NCBI GenBank assembly: GCA_020184695.1
Contig: JAANOX010000021.1
Coordinates: forward strand, 95,204 to 159,203
DNA length: 64,000 nucleotides
Origin: Histomonas meleagridis 2922-C6/04-290x
Taxonomy: Eukaryota > Protista > Parabasalia
Reading direction: 5' to 3'
In this document: piece after piece, positions 1 through 11,892 of the stretch
Layout: each line of letters starts with the position of its first letter
Numbering within the stretch: position 1 is the first letter of the stretch
Notes under the pieces: generated by a model
What the model saw: the letters and a program-made list of their open reading frames with translations, nothing else
What the model was told of the DNA's origin: nothing
Databases searched by the model: none
Made by a program: the position numbers and the translations under genes

Positions 1-1631
1 TTAAATCCTTCGATTAAATATGGAATAATTTCAGGTAAATGCGGTAACATCTTTTGTGGTGCTCGTCTTGATAATGCTGCTATAGATTCATATATTATAG
101 AATATGGTGACTCAAATGATAATGGTGATGATAAGATATCAAATAATGTTTTATATAAATTATCAAATAATAATACACTTTGATATAACGAATTCTCAAT
201 AACTAATGAAATTAAATTTAACGCAAAGATTTTGATTTGTAAATCAGAATGAGAAAATAAGTTTTGTGCCGTTAATATAGAATCTGTAAAAATAATATCG
301 GTGTTTTCGACTTGTTTGATAACTTTACACAAAAGTGATGTGCCTAAGTAAACATCAATGTCATTAGTATACATTAATACTGCATCACGAATTTGCAAAA
401 TGTTTTGATTAATTTGTCTTCGAAAGATATGTGAAAGATTATCAAAACAATGTGCTGCAATTCGTTGTTTTAATGTGTTCTTTTCAATAAATCCTTTCAT
501 GAATATTTCAAATATTTGATCTAAATTCGCTTCAAATAAAGTATTTGATGTTAAGAGAGCATTTTCTAATACTAAATATCCAAAACTAATTAATTCTTGT
601 AAATTACTTTCAAGATATTTTTGAATATTTGTAAAAACAAATCCTTGAATAACAGTTGTATCCATCCTTGTGAAAATTAATGATAACATGATTTCAATTT
701 CAACTAGCCATGTCATATCGTCAATATCATCCGAGTGGAAATAAACTATACAAATATTTTGTTCAAGTTGATAGAAGACATTCAAATTTTCAATGGTAAG
801 TGGAAATTGTGTGTGCATATACGTTAAGGAGTGAACTAAAAAATTGTGAAGTTGCAGTTTGAATGATGTGTCAAATGACGATGAACTTAGAACGGTTATT
901 ATTGATGGTAATGCTTCAAATAATGGAAAGATAAAAAATGATTTTTGAATCCCTGTTGATATGTTATTTAAAATAGGAGTAAGAAAATTAATGTTATTGG
1001 AATTAATTGTTTCAAGAAAAACATTTAAAAGTGGACCCATAAATTGATCAAAAATTTGTGTATCACGATGCATGTTTGGTGCTAAATGATACAAAAATGT
1101 AACTGATATTGAAACTTCAGGAAATTGTTTAGATTGGAGTCCGAGTAAAATTAAATTAACAAAAAGTGGAAGACGTTCAATAACTGTTGGTGTAGACATG
1201 GTGAAAATTAAAAGATCAAAAATAGATAAACTAACATATATATGATCCTTAATTTGAATTGCAAATGTATCAAGTTCACTCCAATAGACATTTGAATATT
1301 GTATAGAAGTAGATACAACGGATAATATAGTATCTAAGGTTTCATAATTTTCTGATTTTGTAATATAGAATAGTAACTTTTTTCGATAAGCTTGAAGTAA
1401 TTCAATAGGCATCGTAGCGCTTTGTTGTCTAATACACATAGAGATCGTGTGTAATGAATATTGTTTAATAATTATATCAGGAGAATTTTCAAAAATTTCA
1501 AATAATGATGGAATTGATTCAGAAAATTGATCGATTCTAGTTAACTCTGCATCAGCTTCTTGGGCTGTCTGAGGGTTTCGAAGACGTGAAAATATTGATA
1601 GAAGGTATTCTGTTAGCGATGTTTGTTGCAT
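1..1631 (-). CDS. Importin-beta/karyopherin-like HEAT-repeat protein, N-terminal part (runs off the window start)
   Basis: Hand translation from ATG at 1631 gives an open frame of >540 codons (MQQTSLTEYLLSIFSRLRNPQTAQEADAELTRIDQFSESIPSLFEIFENSPDIIIKQYSLHTISMCIRQQ...), helical and typical of importin-beta N-termini. Not in the ORF track because it has no stop inside the window. Confidence 0.65.
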   Translation of the reverse strand, partial: MQQTSLTEYLLSIFSRLRNPQTAQEADAELTRIDQFSESIPSLFEIFENSPDIIIKQYSLHTISMCIRQQSATMPIELLQAYRKKLLFYITKSENYETLDTILSVVSTSIQYSNVYWSELDTFAIQIKDHIYVSLSIFDLLIFTMSTPTVIERLPLFVNLILLGLQSKQFPEVSISVTFLYHLAPNMHRDTQIFDQFMGPLLNVFLETINSNNINFLTPILNNISTGIQKSFFIFPLFEALPSIITVLSSSSFDTSFKLQLHNFLVHSLTYMHTQFPLTIENLNVFYQLEQNICIVYFHSDDIDDMTWLVEIEIMLSLIFTRMDTTVIQGFVFTNIQKYLESNLQELISFGYLVLENALLTSNTLFEANLDQIFEIFMKGFIEKNTLKQRIAAHCFDNLSHIFRRQINQNILQIRDAVLMYTNDIDVYLGTSLLCKVIKQVENTDIIFTDSILTAQNLFSHSDLQIKIFALNLISLVIENSLYQSVLLFDNLYKTLFDILSSPLSFESPYSIIYESIAALSRRAPQKMLPHLPEIIPYLIEGF

Positions 1632-1994
1632 CGCTTAAACTGTTAGCCAAAAAGTGGCATTAGAACGATCAAAAAAACGATCACGAAAAAGTGCTGAATT
1701 CATTTATATGAGGTGTAGTCAGACGAGATATAAGCTGAACATAAAACAGAAATCCCTCTGGAAAAAAATAATAAATCACGATATAACTTGATATAAATAT
1801 ATGAATATGATTATTATTTATGATTTCAAATCATAAAAATAATTTATTCTAATAATATCCGGTCAAATTGATATTAAATAAAAAAGATAATAATCTAACA
1901 GTATAATTACCTAGTTTTCATTCAACCGTCGTTACATTTTCAAAACATGTTGAAAACTCAATAATAATGAAAAATCGAAAATTATTTCTGTTTG

Positions 1995-2520
1995 GTTCAA
2001 TTAAATGAAAGCAGAGATCAGCGGCCCGTTCTCTTTTCGTTACATTTTTGTATATTCCATGATAATCCTTGATCGCCATCTTCCATGCCTTTGTATTATA
2101 TTGTCCTGATCTTCAAATTTAACCGCTGCATTAGCACCGCCCTTTCTTAATGAATGCCAACTATATTTGTAATAATTAGGAACCCCAATTTTTTTAATTG
2201 TTCTTTTATTTTCTGTGAAAAACTCTGGAGAGATTAATTGAAAAGTACATCTTCATTATCGAATTTTATCATTGAAATGAGTAAATCAAATCAAAAGTAT
2301 GGATTATGTGGTTGTTCATTCTTAGAAATGAAACATTGAGTTCCTTTACCTAAAGGATCGTTTTTTGATTTAGAAATTAATGAGAAAATTCCATCATTTC
2401 CGACTTAAATATCTCTCATTCTCAAATTTCTCATTTCAGAATACCTCATTTATTATTAAAATGTAATGAACATTTCTGTAAAACATTTGACATCTTCGAA
2501 TAACTCATTATACATTTACA
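1995..2520 (-). pseudogene. Tyrosine recombinase (DIRS/Crypton/phage-integrase type) pseudogene
   Basis: Minus strand reads MRYSEMRNLRMRDI*...SKSKNDPLGKG...YSWHSLRKGGA...IIQRHGRWRS...EY, giving the R, K, HxxR, H/W and Y catalytic motifs. There are several in-frame stops and one frameshift. Confidence 0.8.
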
Positions 2521-3097
2521 TAAGTAAAAATATTCATAAAGATAAAATATTCTACACATTTAATACTATTATATAATATAAAGTTTTATTAAAATATCTC
2601 ATAGTTATCGATAAAAAGTGGGATGTAAAGACTTTTGGACCACCCTATATATGACCTCAAAAGTTCAAATTACTATTGCTGGTGCATGTATGCAAGCTGT
2701 AATGGCTTGTCTCGCCAAATACCATTCAAATTGTTTTATCAGGCACTCAATTATCATGGGATATCCAATGATACTATGCCTGAGCCCAAGGCATCCACCA
2801 GTACGACTTTTTGTGATATTTATATCATAAACTTTTTGATATGTTTACGCCATTAACTTTTTGTTTTGAGGTGCCTAATCAGAAGTTTTTGGAAAGTGGA
2901 AATACCGATCCTACTTTCTGAACAGCAAGAAAAATTTGTTCACAACATATTCATTAACGCTCATTATATTAAATTTTTAAATAATATTGCTTCACTTTTA
3001 ATGACTTCTAATGATAATCCATATGTGTTTCATTTCACCATCATAGTTATTTCCTCGTCAACATTCTCATTCATTTTTATATAGCTAGTTCATAATG

Positions 3098-3181
3098 TCC
3101 CTAGGGATGTTCTCTGTTCACTGGGGCAAGAAGGGGTTGCGAGGGACATGTCCCTCCATAGGGATTGAGAGGGTCAAACCT
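3098..3181. other. GC-rich palindrome island
   Basis: Perfect palindromes TCCCTAGGGA (3098-3107) and GAGGGACATGTCCCTC (3141-3156) in AT-rich DNA; resembles the island at 34579-34680. Confidence 0.6.
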
Positions 3182-3711
3182 ACTTTCATAAAATGCATTT
3201 CATAATGTTATGTAGAAAGGATTGAAATAGCATAAAGAATTTTATTTTTAATAATCAATTGATCAATATGCGTAAAATGAAGATGCAGCAACCACTTTAA
3301 CATATAATTATTTTGAATTATATTAGGTAAGCTTGGGCAATGTTGACCAATTTCAATTTACGGTTGTTGAAAAAAGTGGTAAATTAAAATTGAAAATTGG
3401 TCAATTTTAATTTTATGTTGCAAGAGATAAAGCGCCTGACTTCACTTTCTCCACTTTTTGAATGAACTCATAGAATTGTTTGTATGAGATGATTCAAAAA
3501 GTGGATTTTACAACGAGTAAAAGAAAATTTCATATGAGATTTATCAAAAAGTGAACTTTGTACTGAATTTTTGATTCCCTTCACTTTTTGATGGAACTCA
3601 TAAAATTGTTTGTATATGATAATTCAAAAGTTTATTCCGTCACTTTCTTGTTGTTTATATGAGGGGGTGCCCCATTGTATCGTTTCCACTTTTTCAATGG
3701 TTTATTTTACA

Positions 3712-4627
3712 ATGAAGAAGAACTCAAGTAACGACGATCCGAGAAATGGCATCGATATCCAAGCATTCCGTCAATCAATTAATGACAATGGAGTCGAAGA
3801 TACACGGAAAATATTCCATATCAGTCGAGAGAAGATCCATGCAATTTGCAAACTCGAGGGGATAGCAATTCCTAGCCGAGGGAGACCGTCAAAGGAAATC
3901 AAAGAGGAAGTTAATTTTTGCCTCGACTACAAAGACAAATACCATGTTGGCTACCAACGAACTGCTGAGTCTGCTAAGCGACATAACATTGCAACTACTG
4001 AGTGGTCAGTTAGGAAGATATTTACTGAACAGAAACTGCTTTGTTACAAGAAACCTGAAAAGCTCCCCAAAGAACATCTCCGTCTTTTCGTTGCAAAATA
4101 TGCTAATCAGTTATGGCATGCAGATATTCACTATGTTACCATTGAAGGAGAACAATTTGTATCTCCTTGGATTCATTGATGATCGTTCTCGCTTCCTGAT
4201 CTATTATGAAGTCCTATCAAGTAAGACTTCTGAAGCTTGTGCCACGGCGCTTATTAAAGCTCTAGGTCCTGTTGTACATCGACCTAAAAATGCTGGCTTT
4301 GGATGATGGGGGAGAATTTACCGGCAATCCATTTCAATTTATACTCCAGCTTTATGGTATTGAAGATTACCGTACTCACCCCTATACTCCAGAGGAGAAT
4401 GGTAAGATAGAACGTTTTTTTGGTTGACGATTGAACGTGCCAAAGGACCAAATGTTGCATGGAGCATTCCTAAGATTAATACCATAATCCATGAATATAA
4501 TTATTTTTTTGGACGCATCGAAGTTTGAGAAAACTCACTCACCAATCCTTAACACCCCTATGAAGCATGGCGCACAATGGATAGGTACACAGGTCAAACT
4601 GATGCTTGCATTGAAATGATTAAATAA
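3712..4627 (+). CDS. IS481/IS3-like DDE transposase (~300 aa), frameshifted in this consensus
   Basis: Motifs LWHADIHY, FIDDRSR, TIDNG (read from the mirror copy), ENGKIERF and HRSL...TPYEAW. The frame breaks are mostly single-base homopolymer differences, and several are absent in the mirror copy. Confidence 0.8.
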
Positions 4628-4800
4628 TTCCATCTCATTTGATTTTTTTTTTTTTTTTTTTTTACTTATATTATATAAGCCTAGTACTGATATGAACAAC
4701 GATTGCTTAATTTTCATGTGCTTAATCGAACTGGATGCATCCAGCTAGCTTGTGCTACTATATATTAATATATTGGTATTTTTCTTCTATTATCAATATA

Positions 4801-5011
4801 TGCCGATACCACTTTTTGAATAAAACATTCAAAAAAAGTGGTATCGGCATGTTTTTGTAAACCATTCAATTTTTTTAAATTTCAATGCACACATATAATA
4901 TATTCGCTTAGTATCATTAAAAAGTTGCGACTACAAGCAGGATTAATAGTCGTTCACAGGCACGGACGGGCCGATACCACTTTTTGAGTGCCCTCAAAAA
5001 GTGGTATCGGC
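4801..5011. repeat. Two long hairpins built from the CCGATACCACTTTTTGA motif
   Basis: 4801-4849 has a ~20-bp stem; 4970-5011 has a perfect 19-bp stem with a TGCC loop. Confidence 0.9.
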
Positions 5012-5863
5012 GATCATTTCGGGGCCCCCTGTCGTAAATGCAATTCAAAAAGTTCGTATGATATTTTTTTCTATTTACGAATAGAATTTATTCTATGAAA
5101 TCATTCAAAAAGTGGAGGAAGTGAAGTCAGGCGCTTTTTCTCTTACCACAGTCAATTTTAATTTTATATACTCTCATACTTTGAAAAAGTGGCGATGACA
5201 TAAATCAATTCGAAAAAGTTTTAAAATTGAATTGAAAGTTTGCCATTTTCATCATGAAGATATGTTGGATAACTTTATTTCAAAACAAAGAAAGAAGTGC
5301 GAATATACACTTCTTTAAAGCAATATTATCACATTAAAATGTTACATTTTTGAAGTTAAAAAGAATTAGTTTTCGTTATCAAATTTCGAAAATTAATTTC
5401 AAAAAACAATTTATATACAAATCATATTTGAAAATTAATTTATTTCATTGAAATATTACATTTTTTAAGTCAAAATTGATAAGTTAGATTATTGTGAATG
5501 TCAAATAATAGTTTGATTTTCGTGAATATGATCTAAATAATAAATAACATAAATAACATAAAATAATCAAAATGAATAGAAATATAAATGTAATGATAAA
5601 ATAATAAAAATGATCATTTCCATGAAAATTTTCGTGATATTCAGGGAAATTTTAATGTAGACTATAAAAGAGTAATGATAAATTAGAGCAAAACTATGTT
5701 CAAATATTAATATATGTATATTATCAAAATATTAAAAATAATCAAGCTTAATGTTCACTAATTCACTTGTACATATCATCTTATCTCACTGTATTCGAGA
5801 TGTGATTTTTTTGTACACCCTTTCTCATCAAAAAGACTATAAAGCATGGAGTATTAAATACAT

Positions 5864-6450
5864 TTATAACTTCTTGAAGTAATATGTAAATTCTTTGACA
5901 TTCGAATTAACGATATGGCATATACATGGAAATCTTTCAATAACTGGAAATATATCTATTCGTTGAAGTTCATCTGCAAAAGCTCCAGGAACTGCGCCAC
6001 CATAATCTGTAACTGCGCATCGTATTTTATTATTTATTTCATAGAATAACAATATTTTAATATAATAATTACGAATAACTTCTGACTTACAATGTATTTC
6101 AACCATTGGTGTATGAGCAATTGTCATCATCTTATATTGTTGATGAATAATTGTGGAAACTGTAATTCCCAAATATCTTCTCTGACTTTTATCTTGATAT
6201 CTCCCAAATATCACTTTTTATTTACCCCCATCCTATATCACTAACTTTGATGGTGTATTACGATGCACTATAGATTCAAATTTTGTAAAAAAAGTTAGAC
6301 ATTTATCAATTCACTGATTCTAAACTAAATATGATAAAACACGAATGAATCTTACAACAATTTTGATAATAGAAGAAGCCAATACATTTCTGAGAAAACA
6401 TGATGAAGAAGTAGAATAATGGGCATTTGGTGATGAACGAGAAGAATTGA
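5864..6450 (-). pseudogene. Decayed hAT-like transposase fragment
   Basis: CAVTDYGG...FPCICHIVN resembles the hAT TD and CxxH motifs; upstream continuation has multiple stops. Confidence 0.5.
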
Positions 6451-7056
6451 TATCGGAGGAAAAACAATTGACTAGTATGAAAGAAGGATCATTTCGATTC
6501 CAATTGCAGATTATTTTAGAGAATTTGTTTCCGAACAGTACAGACCAATTAGTTGGGTTTTGGAAACCATGGAAGAATTGACAACCAAGACAAATGCTAA
6601 ACGTGTTATTAAAAAGAAACTTTGGTGCAGAATTTACCTAGTATATTGATGCGAGATATTTAAATATTATCAGGAAATGAGCATTCAATTTCATGTTGTT
6701 GCAATGTTCAGCTAGTTAACTAGAAACATGCAGTTCAACCAAAGACAGTCAGTTAATACTAAAAAAATTTTATATGATTAGAAATATTTAGTTAAACTAA
6801 AAGTACACACACAGCAACACTCCGGCACCGGAGGTTGGTCAAAGACAACAAAATTACAATAAAAATATATGTTGATATTGTTTTTTTTCAACGATACAAA
6901 TTTCTACATATTATTGGTATATCATTATTCATTTCATTCATACCCTTCGGGTTAGCAGCATTTTCAAAATCGGCATTATTAATTTCGATATATACATTTT
7001 TTTGCTATCACATTGACAAATATGACATAAAGTTTTTAATGTATGATTTATTCTGG

Positions 7057-7920
7057 TACTTACCTACAACCGTGGTAAATTTGAATAGGTGGCATTCAAA
7101 AAGTCGTGGTCCCATTTAATCATAATGTAGAATTTGAATAAGGTGAAATATGCATTCAAAATTTGACTCTCAATTTGTTTTCTTAAAAAAATATTTTCAT
7201 TCAATTTCATTTTGAATAATTTACAATTATCGCCATTTTTTTTTTTATTATAATTATTCGAACAAAAATAAAATTTGGCAAAGATGGTATCGAATGAATG
7301 TCGTAATATTTCATTATCTTGCTTTATGATTCTACTATTTGGTTTAGTTAAAAATGAATTCATACTTATTCTAATTTCAGAAATGGAGCTCATATGATTA
7401 ATTAGATTCAAAAAGTTTACAAATCAATGTTTACATTATTATTTCATTGAGCAATTGATTTAATTATTTTCATCCAACCTCCACAAAACATCATATATAT
7501 ATATATATATATTATTTTAATTGCTCTGATCGTCGTAGAGATTGAATTTTATACAATTTAAAATTAATAAAACATAATTAATATGTAGAACATAACAATT
7601 CATAAGAATTTAGATGCGAAGCAATTGATATTATTGATCAATTTATAAAATATTAATTAAATCAAAAATGAATTTTTATGTAACATTGATATGAAATTTG
7701 TGTTGTAATACAGAGATGATTAAATATTTCACAATATCTTAATTCTTGATCGTGAATCATTCAAAATAAAATTGAATTGAAATATTTTTCTTCAGAGAAC
7801 AAATTGAGAGCCAATTTTCGAATGCAAATTACACCTTATTCAAATTCTCCATTATGATTGAATGGAGTCTCCACTTTTTTAATACTACCCATTCAAATTT
7901 CCCACGGTTGTAGGACAGTA
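7057..7920. repeat. Old inverted repeat with ~165-bp diverged arms (MITE-like)
   Basis: 7057-7227 aligns with the reverse complement of 7750-7920 (e.g. CCTACAACCGTGG.AAATTTGAAT, AATCATAATG.AGAATTTGAATAAGGTG). Confidence 0.7.
7493..7512. repeat. (TA)n microsatellite
   Basis: About 10 TA units seen directly. Confidence 0.9.
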
Positions 7921-8091
7921 CTAATATTACACATCACTTTCCATAGTCTTTGCAAAACTATAACAAAATTATTATTCGTTTTCTCTGCTAATGAATTTAT
8001 AAGATATTGATGGAATATGAACATCTTGTTGAACAAGAAAATTGCCATCATCGAATGGAAGAAAAGAATTCATCCAGACGTCCCATTTATG

Positions 8092-8142
8092 AATAAAATT
8101 CTTCAGTCGTATAATAAAATTCTTCAGTCGTATAATAAAATT
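8092..8142. repeat. 21-bp tandem duplication
   Basis: AATAAAATTCTTCAGTCGTAT twice plus a partial copy; also present in the mirror arm. Confidence 0.85.
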
Positions 8143-8496
8143 ATAATATTTAGTACTTTCCATTTGATCAATGATTTCTATAACTAGTATGTTTGAATTT
8201 TCATTACTATGTGATTTAATTGAGTTCATCATTTCTTCTACAACAAGAATCGCTTGGAAATAAGAAATAATGAAACAAGAATGATTTGTATTTTAATAAT
8301 CTTATTAAAAGGCTTGAAACTTAGGATCGTATTTCTCGAGATATGAAAGAATTGCTCCAGGTCGTTTTGACTAATGAGTACCGGATTTTTTTTCCAGTTT
8401 GCATAAAAAATAATATGAAGTTATTAACTCAGAAGGTTTTTGATGATAATCAAAATATTAATTTTTTCGATAAATTTTTATTAAAGTTATATGTTG

Positions 8497-9827
8497 TGTA
8501 CGGAAATTCTCAAAAATCATTCAATTTTTGAGTAAACTATTGAACTCAAATTTTCGAGCTTGCAAGGAAGGAAAAAGATCGAAATTTGCCCTTTTTGGCT
8601 AGAAGCTACTGTCAAGGCAATTCAGCAAAGGAAAACAACAATGCCAGAGTTATCATAAATAGAAGAAAACCTTTTACTCGAATAGTGGTAACGAAAAAAG
8701 TACATCCAGGAACTGTTAGAAGGGCGATCGACGATAACGGTCTTGATCTACTTATTACCAGAGGAAAACAAAAAGTAGATTTACGCCATATACTCAAAAA
8801 TAATATCATCGAAATACAAAGAATATACAAAACTGGCGTTAACATAACATTCTACCAAATAATTTCCAAATCAGAAAGTGTTCCTATGTGCCAAGAAATT
8901 ACAACACACCATATGATATACGACGTAATGAAGGATAACAACGCCTTATCGTACACGTGACCGTTAAAGTCCGAAGAACCCTATCGTTGCCGATATGAAG
9001 CATCAAATTCAGATTTAATTTGGCGAACTGATTATTATAATCATAACGGAGAATATTTAATATCTTTCATAGATGATTATTCTCGTTACGTTGTATATTG
9101 TGACGCAATCTCCAACAAATTATCAGCAACTACAAAAAAGTGCCTCGAATTGATAATTCAATTCTGTGGCAACCGTTTATTTTATGTGTGGACCGATAAT
9201 GGTCAGGAATTCAAAGGAGATTTTAAGAAATTCCTCGAAGATAATGAAATCAAACAAGTTTTATCAGAAGTCAAAAACCCACAGCAAAATGGGAAATGTG
9301 AAAGATTTTGGAGTACAGCAGAAAATGCAATAATATTGGAGAACTTAGAAATTGGATACATGTTTACAACAACACAACTCATTGTGGACTGCCCCAAAAA
9401 ACCGTCAATGATAGGGAGACGTAACACCTCATCAAAGGTATTTCTATGGCGTTAAATGGGATCTTACAATATCTCCAACATGGAAAGTCGATGGAGTCGT
9501 CAATCCATTTATTCCATATGGGGCAAATTGAGTAAAACACTCAACAACAATTTTTTTTTAGTAATTGCGAGCGGTGGCCAAGCCTGGTTTTTTCGATAGC
9601 AAACGATCACAACCGAAGTGCAAGTATGCGGTAAAATGAATAGTTTACTCAGAAATTAAATGATTCTTGAGCAGTTCCCTACAGCTGGTGTACTTAAAAA
9701 TGGTCTGAATGTTTAATTGTTTAGACGATATATCCAAATATTTCACGACGTGGATGAAAATCTGTTCAATTCGCACTTTTTAAATGATTTACTCAGAAAT
9801 CGAATGATTTTTGAAAATTTCCGTACA
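8497..9827 (+). mobile_element. Second, older IS481-like transposon (1331 bp)
   Basis: TGTACGG...CCGTACA ends; ~40-bp imperfect TIRs; the 25-bp flanks match at 16/25 positions in register; internal transposase. Confidence 0.8.
8586..9455 (+). pseudogene. IS481-like DDE transposase pseudogene
   Basis: One frame with an in-frame TGA at 8958-8960 (also in the mirror copy). Motifs IWRTDY, FIDDYSR, WTDNGQEF and QNGKCERFW; C-terminal frameshift. Confidence 0.8.
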
Positions 9828-10456
9828 GGACATTTATTGAAGTAATATGACATATTATAGTCTCCGACGGTTTAAAGTGGACAATTTTTAATAATGACCG
9901 ATGAATACAAATTAATGTTATGGCAGGAAACGTCTAAATAACGTTAAAAAGTGGAACAATTTATAGTGTCCAACGGACAACTTCAACGCCAGTAAAACGA
10001 TCGAAATTTTTACCAAAAAAGTGGACAATTTCTCAACGCTAAACGGACAACCAGAGTGGTTCCTATACATTATTTTTACAAAAAAATGAGAAGTAAAGTT
10101 AAGAATTTTACTTAACGTTCATTCATATTATTTTCTATTTTATTGACTCTGGAGAGCGATCAGGAAAATATTTCATCAATTTATTGAAATCACCACCAAA
10201 GTCGTCGTTTAAATCTTCGAGTTTTTGTCCAAGCACAATATTTTCTTCCAGGCTGATTCATTTCTTGTCTTCCTCGTATATTAGATTGAGAAGTCGGATT
10301 CAACGTAATGTCTTTTGTGCTACATATAGTATCATTATTATTATTTTGTTATTTTTCATAAATTTTCCTGATTTCATTCATGACAGATTCAAGAAGTGGA
10401 TCCTTCACATTGAAATATATTAACCTTACAATTGATTATAATGAACCATTTAAATT

Positions 10457-11143
10457 TTAATCATAAAAAGTGACATAAAGTTCGATAATTTTACCAAAAT
10501 CATTAATTCTGTGTCTGATCACTGTTTTTATGTACTCACTTTTATGTAACCTGATGAAGTTGACCCTTTTAATGTCATTAATGAATTTACATATAGAATC
10601 ATGGTTTCGAGCTTTCATTCTTAAAACACCAAAAGAATGTTCTAAAGGATTTGAGCTAAGTCTATTTAAAGAAATGTTTCCTTGCTCAGATTTTAAAAAT
10701 TTCAATAAGCTAATTATAGTGCCTTTTGTATCAATCATTAAATTATTATCATAAATATAAGAAAATTGTTTAAAATACATCAATGCGAGTTTCAGGTATT
10801 TACATCTACTTTTGACAGAAATGTGATCGTTGCTGATTGAAATAATAAAAAGTGACCATGGGAAAAAATATTGAAAAATTTGATTATGAGATTATAACTG
10901 CCTTTGGGTCATTGCATGACCTTCATTAGATGAATCAATTATTTCTTCTTTATCTTCATTCAATGCTCTATGTCGACCTAAAGGTTTTGGATCTTGTGGA
11001 CCATTTGAGATACTTCTAGATACCGTTTTACGGCACATATTAAAGACGAATGCTAGTTGATTAAAAGTGAAAGTAACATCATCGAATTCAGATGCATATT
11101 CGTAGAAAAAACAAAGCTGATGATTTTCATATTCTAAGTTCAT
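10457..11143 (-). pseudogene. Decayed DNA-transposase fragments (HTH-like N-terminal part and SSNPLEHSFGVLR segment)
   Basis: ORF fragments 10892-11143 and 10457-10783; motif resemblance only. Confidence 0.45.
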
Positions 11144-11529
11144 AAAGTCAGGATTTCTTAATAATGATCGAGTAAATTCTTAAGAAATACCAATAGTATC
11201 TAATTTTTGTTTAATTTCATCTAGTGACATTGCTGGTGTTAATGTTGACATTGATAAGAATGAGGTTTTATTAAAGATTATTTATTAACCTATTTTAACG
11301 TATGGGACCACTCGATTCCTGGGACACATTTAAATCTCTAACTGTATATTACAATTATCAGGTTATATGATCAAATACTACCATTACCTGCTAGTTATGA
11401 TAATGAAAATAATAAATATGAAATTTTAGTAGAATCAGTAGGAAATAAATATATAAAGCATAGGCTTATTGCTATACAATTCATATCAAACTCGGATCCT
11501 ATTAATAAATATGATATAAATCACATAGA

Positions 11530-11787
11530 CATAAATTCATTAAATAATGATATATCATTACGTTGATGAGCTGCCTAATGATTGGGTGCCCTTTGAATAA
11601 TATAACGGGATTGAGTTTGAAGGATATAGTTATTCACCATCAAAAGATGAATTTTATTATGATAATGGTGCTACAATAAGAATTCAAAATTTAACTGATC
11701 ATGGTAGATATAAAATATTTCTAGCGAGAGATATAACTGGGAAAATTTATTTCGATAAGTGGAAACGTGCTGAAGGTTTAATATAAA
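11530..11787 (+). pseudogene. Decayed virus/Maverick-like small ORF
   Basis: HYVDELPNDWVPFE*YNGIEFEGYSYSPSKDEFYYDNG...; one internal TAA; lies directly upstream of the ATPase. Confidence 0.4.
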
Positions 11788-11892
11788 ATAATAACTTTTA
11801 TATTTATGAATTATTAATTAAATATTATCAAATCCTATAATATAGATAGTAAATTCAAATAAATTGATGAAAACTTCAATAAAATAAGTAAA

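Larger units (their letters stand above)
3416..5150 (+). mobile_element. IS481-like (IS481EU-type) DNA transposon, 1735 bp
   Basis: TG...CA termini; ~50-bp imperfect TIRs (3416-3465 / 5101-5150); exact 16-bp direct repeat GTCAATTTTAATTTTA at 3400-3415 and 5151-5166; internal rve-type transposase. Confidence 0.9.

Noticed and set aside
9878-10060. Repeated GTGGACAATT / AACGGACAAC motifs as a transposon end
   Set aside because: No matching inverted partner or TSD could be found.
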